Below are positions 33,076 to 38,698 of a DNA stretch of 38,698 nucleotides, piece by piece. The first letter of the stretch is position 1. The number at the start of each line of letters is the position of its first letter. A program made the position numbers and the translations under genes. The stretch is from positions 1,993-40,690 of the forward strand of contig DKQU01000009.1 of assembly GCA_002471865.1 (NCBI GenBank), written 5' to 3'. The notes under the pieces were generated by a model. That model was not told the origin of the DNA. It worked only from the letters and a program-made list of their open reading frames with translations, and searched no databases. The stretch comes from Fidelibacterota bacterium UBA7300. Its GTDB lineage: Bacteria; Fidelibacterota; Marinisomatia; Marinisomatales; UBA2128.

Positions 33076-34380
33076 TTAATCTCCGTTCCAGTTACACCCA
33101 GCAAAGATATCCTCAATGGTTTCTTTCTTTCGTATCATTCTTGGTTTGCCGTTTTCCATTAGCACCTCTGCCGGCCTGGATCGTGTGTTATATGGAGTAG
33201 CCATTACATAGCCGTAGGCGCCAGCGTCCATGATAGCCACAAGGTCGCCTTCGTTCAAGGTGGGGAGGTCCCGATCAACTGCTAACCGATCACTGTTCTC
33301 ACAGATACCACCTGTTACGTCTACAGTCTGAGTTGTTGGCGCCTCAGGTTCACCAATCTTTAGAATGCGATGGTAGGCATTGTAGAGGGCTGGCCGGATG
33401 AGTGTGTTCATTCCGGCGTCAAGACCCACGAACCGCTTGTAACTTTCCTTCACTCCCGTCACTCGACTGAGAATGAAACCGGCATCTGCCACTAGGTACT
33501 TCCCCGGTTCTATAAAGAGGGCAGGAGTATCAGGGGAGTTCCGGTCATAGAATTTTCTAAATACCTTCCCGAGACTCTCGAACAGCTCACTGACATCAAG
33601 AGATGATTCATCAAGTTTATACGGAATTCCAAATCCGCCGCCCATGCTGATGTATTCAAAGGTTATACCAAGCGATTCTTCAATTTCCCGGGCTACAGTC
33701 AGAATAGCTGAGAGAAGCTCTACGAAATAGCCAGGGTCTAGATTGCCGGAGCCGGTCATGCACTGCAAGCCAAACCGCTCCACACCGTCATCTTGCGCCA
33801 AGCGGTAGGCATCGATTATTTTCTCTCGCGGTATACCAAATTTGGCTTCCCGTCCGGCGGTAACAATGGCGGGGAAGCGACCTTTTCCGAAGCCGGGATT
33901 CAGGCGAAAAGAGATCTCCTTTGGGACACTTATCTTTCGTAGGCGGAGGTAGCTGGAGGAATCATCAAGATTCAGATGGACTCCGGAATCGAGGGCGGTC
34001 TTTAGCTCTTCTGGACTCTCATAATTTCCTGTGTAGATACACCTCTCAGGTGGGATGTTGAGTCTCTGAGCTATGTAAAGTTCGCCTGGACTAGAGCAGT
34101 CTGCTCCAAGGGAGGAAGCTGCCCCTAACAAGACAGAGAGGATGTGGGGATTAGAATTGGCTTTTAGCGCATAACAGATCTGAGACTTCGGGAATGAACC
34201 GGAGAAAGCATTTTCCATCCGTGAGGTGTTGTCTCTCAAGCGGTCGGCGTCGTAAATGTAGAGGGGAGTACCAAATTCACAAGCGAGATCTTCTGCGAGA
34301 ACACGGTCAGAGATGAGCTGTTGAAGAGGATGGGGTGTGGTTGTTAATGTCATGTCTGAAAGATAAAATAGCTCAATCAA
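33076..34380 (-). CDS. lysA: Diaminopimelate decarboxylase (PLP-dependent Orn/DAP/Arg decarboxylase family 2)
   Basis: TPLYIYD, CYALKAN (PLP-Lys motif), ISMGGGFGIPY, GGICENSD and AGAYGY. It sits 5 nt upstream of the GH18 start and 1 nt after the fxsA stop. An alternative ATG lies at 34353. Confidence 0.85.
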   Translation of the reverse strand: MIELFYLSDMTLTTTPHPLQQLISDRVLAEDLACEFGTPLYIYDADRLRDNTSRMENAFSGSFPKSQICYALKANSNPHILSVLLGAASSLGADCSSPGELYIAQRLNIPPERCIYTGNYESPEELKTALDSGVHLNLDDSSSYLRLRKISVPKEISFRLNPGFGKGRFPAIVTAGREAKFGIPREKIIDAYRLAQDDGVERFGLQCMTGSGNLDPGYFVELLSAILTVAREIEESLGITFEYISMGGGFGIPYKLDESSLDVSELFESLGKVFRKFYDRNSPDTPALFIEPGKYLVADAGFILSRVTGVKESYKRFVGLDAGMNTLIRPALYNAYHRILKIGEPEAPTTQTVDVTGGICENSDRLAVDRDLPTLNEGDLVAIMDAGAYGYVMATPYNTRSRPAEVLMENGKPRMIRKKETIEDIFAGCNWNGD

Positions 34381-34381
34381 T

Positions 34382-34777
34382 TTACCTCATAATCATGGTA
34401 AAGTTCGTTCTGCCTGAGTCTGCCATATCCCGGAATTTTTTTCTGATGGCACTTTTAAAGAGATTTCTGGTTACCGGGATGAGAAGCATGAAGCCGAAGA
34501 TATCAGTTAAAAGTCCCGGTGTCAGCAATACGATTCCGCCGATGAGAATGAGCAATCCGTCCACAAGTTTATCCGCCGGCATGTTTCCCTGCGAAAGCTC
34601 ATGCTGAATCTCCAACCAGATCCACATACCCTGGGATCTGGCTAGAGAGGCACCAAGGACGCCAGTAACGATTACCAGAAAGATGGTAGGCCAGAAGCCG
34701 ATTTCACGCCCCAGCTCAATGAGTATCATAAGTTCCAGCAACGGGATGCCGATGAAGATAAATAGAAGCTTTGTCAC
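34382..34777 (-). CDS. fxsA: FxsA-family cytoplasmic membrane protein (UPF0716)
   Basis: LLFIFIGIPLLELMILIELGREIGFWPTIFLVIVTGVLGASLARSQG...LLLTPGLLTDIFGFMLLIP is the characteristic FxsA pattern. Confidence 0.8.
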   Translation of the reverse strand: MTKLLFIFIGIPLLELMILIELGREIGFWPTIFLVIVTGVLGASLARSQGMWIWLEIQHELSQGNMPADKLVDGLLILIGGIVLLTPGLLTDIFGFMLLIPVTRNLFKSAIRKKFRDMADSGRTNFTMIMR

Positions 34778-34867
34778 GGTATCTGAATTTTGGCAGGGAG
34801 AGACAAACTAGCAACCTAAACATGTAGAACTTTGCACACTTTTCCCCGAGGCATTATATTCACCCTC

Positions 34868-35101
34868 ATGACTACTGATCATGTTAAGGAATTGATTGAA
34901 GCAGGCCTGCCCGGAGCAGCTGTTGAAGTAACGGACGAAAGGGCGACCGGTGACCATTTCAGCGCAGTGATTGAGTGGGCAGGATTCGAGGGACTCTCTC
35001 TTCTTGAGCAGCATCAGAAAGTGTATGCGGCAGTGGGGGAGTACCTGACCAGGGAAATTCATGCCTTGCAATTAAAGACATTTACACCTGACACAACTTG
35101 A
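34868..35101 (+). CDS. BolA-family protein
   Basis: VEVTDE...GDHFSAVI...F.GLSLLEQHQKVYAAVGEYL..EIHALQLKTFTP is the BolA/IbaG pattern. It lies immediately upstream of a CGFS glutaredoxin, the classic partner. The track ORF starts at TTG 34832, but ATG 34868 is preferred. Confidence 0.75.
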   Translation: MTTDHVKELIEAGLPGAAVEVTDERATGDHFSAVIEWAGFEGLSLLEQHQKVYAAVGEYLTREIHALQLKTFTPDTT

Positions 35102-35111
35102 GGAGAAGAAA

Positions 35112-35438
35112 ATGGAACTGAAAGAGAAAATCCAGAACGACATTCTCGAAACCCCCGTGATACTTTACATGAAAGGGACGCGGGATATGCCCATGTGCGG
35201 ATTTTCGTTTGCTGTTGTGGAAGCACTCAACCAGTATGAAGTAGAGTACAAAACCGTGAACGTCTTGGAAGATCCTGAGATACGAATAAAACTTTCAGAA
35301 ATATCCAACTGGCCTACCATCCCACAGCTCTTCGTGAACAGTCAGCTGATAGGAGGCTGTGATATTACCCTGGAACTTCATCAGAACGGCGAATTAGAGA
35401 AAGTCCTCAGCAGTGCCAATTCATCTGCTGAAGAATAA
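35112..35438 (+). CDS. grxD: Monothiol (CGFS) glutaredoxin, Grx4/GrxD type
   Basis: PVILYMKGTRDMPMCGFS...WPTIPQLFVNSQLIGGCDI. GAGGAG lies 7 nt upstream. Confidence 0.9.
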   Translation: MELKEKIQNDILETPVILYMKGTRDMPMCGFSFAVVEALNQYEVEYKTVNVLEDPEIRIKLSEISNWPTIPQLFVNSQLIGGCDITLELHQNGELEKVLSSANSSAEE

Positions 35439-35508
35439 TTAGAAGTAGATTCCCTTCCGATCTTCTTTGCCGCTTCCTTTTGATGTGCTATATTTGCCAG
35501 CCTTATTT

Positions 35509-35580
35509 GGCCCCTTCGTCTAGTGGTTAGGACGTCAGGTTTTCGACCTGAGAACAGGGGTTCGATTCCCCTAGGGGTCA
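35509..35580 (+). tRNA. tRNA-Glu (anticodon UUC)
   Basis: Folded by hand. The acceptor GGCCCCT pairs with AGGGGTC (one G-U pair). The D arm is GTCT-agtggtta-GGAC. The anticodon arm is TCAGG-ttTTCga-CCTGA. The variable region is gaac. The T arm is AGGGG-ttcgatt-CCCCT. The discriminator is A, and no CCA is encoded. Confidence 0.9.
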
Positions 35581-35591
35581 CTTGTTGAACG

Positions 35592-35629
35592 AACCTTCAA
35601 GGTTTTATCCTTGAAGGTTTTTTCTTTTA
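35592..35629 (+). terminator. Rho-independent terminator after tRNA-Glu
   Basis: AACCTTCAAGG-ttttat-CCTTGAAGGTT is a perfect 11-bp stem (35592-35602 pairing with 35609-35619). It is followed by ttttcttttat. Confidence 0.8.
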
Positions 35630-35718
35630 TTGAAAAAATATCCTTCTGCTCCTGATATAGATTGGGAAACATTTAAAGAAGGTTGTAAATAAAAAACTGC
35701 ACACAACAATGTATCAAG

Positions 35719-35740
35719 CCCCACATTCGTGGGGTTTTTT
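35719..35740 (+). terminator. Second rho-independent terminator with no annotated gene upstream
   Basis: CCCCAC-attc-GTGGGG is followed by TTTTTT (35735-35740). It lies ~90 nt after the previous terminator. Confidence 0.6.
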
Positions 35741-35794
35741 GTTTGTGGGATGATGGGTAGATTTGGCTCGGTAGGCAAATTATAGGGAGTTAGA

Positions 35795-35841
35795 TGGGAA
35801 TCATAACCTAAAGGTCGTAGGTTCGAATCCTACCCCCGCTA
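35795..35841 (+). pseudogene. tRNA 3'-half remnant (CAT-anticodon-loop-like + perfect T arm + 3' acceptor strand), not a foldable full tRNA
   Basis: 35817..35841 reads GTAGG-TTCGAAT-CCTAC-CCCCGCT-A, which is a 5-bp T stem, a canonical T loop, a 7-nt acceptor 3' strand and a discriminator. It is preceded by aggtc (variable-loop-like) and ATCATAA (anticodon-loop-like). I find no complementary 5' acceptor strand ([AG]G[CT]GGGG) upstream, and the anticodon and D stems do not pair. Confidence 0.45.
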
Positions 35842-35924
35842 TTTAAGGAAACCCGTCTTGATTGGCGAGTTTCTTGAATCAAATAGTTATATCTAGGGTT
35901 TTTTTATTACATTTTTATTATTAC

Positions 35925-35943
35925 TTTTCATTCTAAATGAAAA
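35925..35943. promoter_or_regulatory. Perfect 8-3-8 palindrome resembling a Fur/Zur-family operator, overlapping the start codon of 35937..36269
   Basis: TTTTCATT-cta-AATGAAAA. The adjacent CTAAATGAAAATCATAAGA matches 12/19 positions of the E. coli Fur-box consensus GATAATGATAATCATTATC by my manual alignment. It lies at the head of a His-rich/zinc-uptake gene cluster. Confidence 0.3.
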
Positions 35944-36269
35944 TCATAAGACAACTTTTTTCATTGACCCTCGTTTTCTCTTTAGGTTTTCTGGCCTATG
36001 TTACCGAATCCCACGTGGGTCACCACCACAGTTTGGTCCCTGTTGCAGTGGCCATATGTGCCATAGATTGTGAAAACGAAGATCACCGATCTGCTGGATA
36101 TGATTGTGTCTGGTTCCAAACCAAGCGTTTCACAGAGTATGTTGGAGCTCTGGCCATAAATAGTCAGATACATTTTGAATCCGAAACATTTCAATGCTCT
36201 GACCAAATCCTTCGTTTAACCGCATCCTTTGATTCATGCCATTGGAATCGCGGTCCCCCTATCACATAG
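35937..36269 (+). CDS. Small hypothetical secreted protein with an N-terminal His cluster and several Cys
   Basis: 110 aa. The signal-like N-terminus is MKIIRQLFSLTLVFSLGFLAYV, followed by ESHVGHHHS and five Cys. No family is recognised, and an antisense ORF of similar size exists. Coding status rests on the signal peptide and context only. Confidence 0.4.
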   Translation: MKIIRQLFSLTLVFSLGFLAYVTESHVGHHHSLVPVAVAICAIDCENEDHRSAGYDCVWFQTKRFTEYVGALAINSQIHFESETFQCSDQILRLTASFDSCHWNRGPPIT

Positions 36270-36336
36270 TAATTCAACTAAATGACATATCTCCTTCAAT
36301 GGAGATCCCACAATAATTAACATTAAAGGAAAAATT

Positions 36337-37425
36337 ATGTTAAAAAAATTGATCGGGGGACTATTTATTGTATCAATATCTTTTGGCCAAACCACAGCCA
36401 ACCCCCAATTTAGTGTGGTAGGTGATTTAATTATGAATGACCTTCATAATAATCCAAACTTATATAGTTCAGGAATAGAGATTGCTGTTCAAGGATATGT
36501 GAATCCTTTTGCACGGGCAGATGTCTATTTACATAAACACAATGATGAATCAGCACTGGAATTAGAAGAAGCTGTAATGACGATCGAAAGAGGGCTGCCA
36601 TTTGGTCTTGGATTAAGGGCCGGTAAGTTTAGACCAGACCTTGGGAAAATCAATAAAGATCATGCACATTTATTCCCTTTTATTGAAGCTCCTTCTGGTA
36701 TGGCTAATATTTTAGGTAAAGAGTTTTGGGCAGGGACAGGTCTTGAAGCTAGTATATTTCTGCCTGTACCTTGGTACAGTAATATATCTATTGGTTTATT
36801 TGATTCAGGATTAGGTGATCATGATCATGACATTGAAAAAGAAGATGTTCATAATGATCATAAAGATAAAGATGAACACGTAGATGAGCATGATCATGGA
36901 ATAAATGAAAAAAAGGAAAAAGTTTTTTCAGCTAGATGGGGTCATTTTTTCGAACTTAGTGATATAAACCTTATGGAAATAGGCACCAGTTATTATAAAG
37001 GTCCTGAGAGTAGTTTGATGGGAGCAGATTTCAAGTATAAATGGCGCCCCAACAAGTATCGTTCACTAACAATACAAGGTGAAATAGTACAGCTTAGTAT
37101 AAAAGAAGAGCATCATGAAGAAAAACATGCGGATGAAGTTTATAAGGGAGAGTACAAAAATAAATCAGATGCAGGATATCTGATGATTAACTATCAGTTT
37201 AATAAATCATTTAATTTTGGCATAATCGGTGATTATTATAGAGAGACGGATAAAGGGGCCGAAATCAATCCATCAATATTTTTCGGATTTAGCCCTGTTG
37301 AAGAATCAACTGTATTTAGATTGAAGATTGGACAGGTTGAAGATCATAAGAGTCATAAAAAACATTTAAAAACAACAGCTCAGATTATTTGGTCATTAGG
37401 TCCACATAAACCTCACCGATATTAA
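36337..37425 (+). CDS. Putative outer-membrane beta-barrel (porin-like) protein with His/Asp/Glu-rich loops
   Basis: Signal peptide LFIVSISFGQ. The sequence alternates in a beta-strand-like way and ends ..PHKPHRY with a terminal aromatic residue. The metal-ligand-rich inserts are GDHDHDIEKEDVHNDHKDKDEHVDEHDHG, KEEHHEEKHADE and EDHKSHKKH. AAGGAAAA lies upstream. It lies directly upstream of the znuA-like gene, with a 3-nt gap. Confidence 0.6.
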   Translation: MLKKLIGGLFIVSISFGQTTANPQFSVVGDLIMNDLHNNPNLYSSGIEIAVQGYVNPFARADVYLHKHNDESALELEEAVMTIERGLPFGLGLRAGKFRPDLGKINKDHAHLFPFIEAPSGMANILGKEFWAGTGLEASIFLPVPWYSNISIGLFDSGLGDHDHDIEKEDVHNDHKDKDEHVDEHDHGINEKKEKVFSARWGHFFELSDINLMEIGTSYYKGPESSLMGADFKYKWRPNKYRSLTIQGEIVQLSIKEEHHEEKHADEVYKGEYKNKSDAGYLMINYQFNKSFNFGIIGDYYRETDKGAEINPSIFFGFSPVEESTVFRLKIGQVEDHKSHKKHLKTTAQIIWSLGPHKPHRY

Positions 37426-37428
37426 TCC

Positions 37429-38313
37429 ATGAGAAAATTGATCATTATAAGTTCTCTTTTCACTTGTCTTTATGGTCAAGTTCGAGTTGTATCTTCAACA
37501 TCGGATATTGCAGATATAGTAAAGATCATTGGCGGAGAGAATGTTACAGTCACAAGTATAGCACGAGGAAATCAAGATCCACATTATGTAGAAATCCTAC
37601 CTTCATACATGATTAAGGTAAGAAAAGCCGATATTTATTTTATGGTTGGAATGGAACTTGATCTTTGGGCTCAACAAATTATTAATGGTTCAAGAAATCA
37701 AAAAGTGTTAGTGGTGGACTGTTCAGTTGAGATAAATAAAATGGAAGTTCCCACTGGGCAGATTGATGCAAGCATGGGTGATATTCATCGATTTGGTAAT
37801 CCTCACTACTGGCTAGATCCTGAAAATGGGAAATTAATAGCCAAAGTAGTAACAGAAAAATTGAGTAATTACGACCCCAAAAACGCTAATCAATACAAAA
37901 CAAACCTTTATCAATTTGAAACAGATTTAGATTCCGCAATGTCAAAATGGAATAATAAGTTTTCCATTCTTAAAGATAAAAAAATAATATTTTATCATAA
38001 TTCCTGGCCCTATTTCTCAAAAAGGTTTGGCTTAATTACAGTTGGTTTTCTGGAACCAAAGCCGGGGATAACACCCTCGCCGTCGCAATTGATTCAAGTC
38101 ATTAATCAAATAAAAGAAAATGAAATTGAAGTCATTGCCTCTGAATCCTATTTCAGCGATAGAGCACCGAAATTTATTGAGTCAAAGACAAATGTAAGAA
38201 CAGTCAAATTAGCTCAATCTGTTGGCGCAATTGAAGGTGCGAATTCTTATATCAACCTTTTCGAGACCAACCTTCTTATTTTAGCAGAAGCGTATGGAGT
38301 TATGTATGATTGA
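37429..38313 (+). CDS. znuA: Metal (zinc/manganese) ABC transporter substrate-binding protein, ZnuA/TroA family
   Basis: GNQDPHYVE, GNPHYWLDPENG, FYHNSWPYFSKRFGL and EPKPGITPSPSQL are typical cluster-A-I SBP motifs. Confidence 0.8.
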   Translation: MRKLIIISSLFTCLYGQVRVVSSTSDIADIVKIIGGENVTVTSIARGNQDPHYVEILPSYMIKVRKADIYFMVGMELDLWAQQIINGSRNQKVLVVDCSVEINKMEVPTGQIDASMGDIHRFGNPHYWLDPENGKLIAKVVTEKLSNYDPKNANQYKTNLYQFETDLDSAMSKWNNKFSILKDKKIIFYHNSWPYFSKRFGLITVGFLEPKPGITPSPSQLIQVINQIKENEIEVIASESYFSDRAPKFIESKTNVRTVKLAQSVGAIEGANSYINLFETNLLILAEAYGVMYD

Positions 38314-38698
38314 TATCATATTTTGGCCATTACTAGCAACTTTTGTGTTAACAGGTATTCATGTATACTTAGGATTGCATGTTGTTACTCGTGGAGTAAT
38401 TTTTGTTGATCTTGCTTTAGCACAAGTTGCTGCGCTTGGTGCTGCTGTAGGTATTGTAATGGGATTGGAGCATGATGGTAATGCGAGTTATGTGATGGCA
38501 TTGGTTTTTACATTTATAGGTGCTGCATTTTTTGCGTATATCCGTTCTAGTAATCAAAAAGTTCCACAGGAAGCAATTATTGGAATCACCTATGTTGTCT
38601 GTGCTGCCGCTATGATATTATTGTTTAGCAAATCAGCTGAAGGATCTGAACATTTAAATCATTTGCTTGTTGGCTCAATCTTATTTGTTACTCCAGAA
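38306..38698 (+). CDS. znuB: Metal ABC transporter permease (ABC-3 / ZnuB family), 3'-truncated by the window end
   Basis: This ORF is not in the ORF track because it has no stop. I translated from ATG 38306: MIDIIFWPLLATFVLTGIHVYLGLHVVTRGVIFVDLALAQVAALGAAVGIVMG...ITYVVCAAAMILLFSKS...HLLVGSILFVTPE. It is hydrophobic and ZnuB-like, and it overlaps the znuA stop by 8 nt. Confidence 0.7.
   Translation, partial: MIDIIFWPLLATFVLTGIHVYLGLHVVTRGVIFVDLALAQVAALGAAVGIVMGLEHDGNASYVMALVFTFIGAAFFAYIRSSNQKVPQEAIIGITYVVCAAAMILLFSKSAEGSEHLNHLLVGSILFVTPE

Noticed and set aside
35381-35581. 66-aa minus-strand ORF (MTPRGIEPLFSGRKPDVLTTRRRG...)
   Set aside because: It is the reverse-complement reading of tRNA-Glu (35509..35580) and the 3' end of grxD. 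This is the typical spurious ORF seen across a tRNA gene.
35744-35841. A complete tRNA-Met/Ile(CAT) gene
   Set aside because: Only the T arm and the 3' acceptor strand are canonical. The best upstream candidate for the 5' acceptor strand (TGTGGGA at 35744..35750) pairs at 5/7 positions and would give a 98-nt molecule. The anticodon stem (TGGGA/CCTAA) and the D region do not pair. I therefore report it only as a 3'-half remnant.
36289-36306. Hairpin ATCTCC-ttcaat-GGAGAT between the small His/Cys ORF and the His-rich OMP gene
   Set aside because: The stem is only 6 bp, there is no following T-run, and it sits 30 nt before the next start. It is too weak to call a terminator or an operator.
1-38698. 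CRISPR arrays, long tandem repeats, IS elements, integrases and phage genes
   Set aside because: I saw no regularly spaced direct repeats, no transposase, integrase or recombinase motifs in any ORF, and no long inverted terminal repeats. This is a by-eye scan only, so short or degenerate repeats could have been missed.
35850-38698. Calling the zinc cluster a genomic island inserted at a tRNA
   Set aside because: The tRNA fragment and lower G+C are suggestive, but there is no integrase, no identifiable direct-repeat partner in the window, and the right-hand boundary is not visible. It is kept as a hypothesis in the findings and not annotated as a mobile element.

Overview
This 38.7-kb chromosomal window comes from a bacterium that uses the type IX secretion system (T9SS), in the style of the FCB superphylum. 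No SusD-like gene is visible. I call about 31 CDS, one tRNA-Glu(UUC), three rho-independent terminators, one tRNA 3'-half remnant and one truncated amidase gene. I see no rRNA, CRISPR array, transposase or integrase.

Layout:
(i) 2-10741 (+) is one tightly packed operon. It holds the 3' part of a giant surface protein ending in an atypical T9SS-like C-terminal domain (CTD), a PorV/PorQ-family beta-barrel, a SurA-N-like lipoprotein, three GH16 beta-glucanases and a GH5+CBM6 enzyme. This is a beta-glucan/laminarin locus.
(ii) 10875-13459 holds housekeeping-type genes: an EEP nuclease, a TrpF-like gene, a HAD hydrolase and Csp.
(iii) 13485-19786 (-) is an operon of GHL10/YddW-like (T9SS), an unknown periplasmic protein, an M23 peptidase (T9SS), an amidase_3 remnant and ldcA.
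(iv) 20002-21762 (-) is an FG-GAP T9SS cargo protein.
(v) 21907-29115 (+) holds a TonB-dependent receptor, a 1143-aa giant protein (paralog of the one at the window start) and a second PorV/PorQ-like barrel. A T9SS-tagged amidase_2 follows, then a convergent fxsA-lysA-GH18(T9SS) operon.
(vi) Next come bolA-grxD, tRNA-Glu, two terminators and a tRNA remnant.
(vii) The window ends with a small His/Cys secreted protein, a His-rich outer-membrane protein (OMP) and znuA/znuB-like genes.

Main hypotheses:
(a) A repeated cassette of a giant protein with a variant CTD plus its own PorV/PorQ-like barrel, linked to a TonB-dependent receptor, may be a SusD-independent surface capture system. The giant component appears to be substrate-specific.
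(b) The second cassette sits among T9SS-exported enzymes covering every bond class of peptidoglycan, plus cytoplasmic LdcA and LysA. That pattern suggests a locus for using exogenous murein.

All family assignments come from motif recognition by eye. No database search was run.
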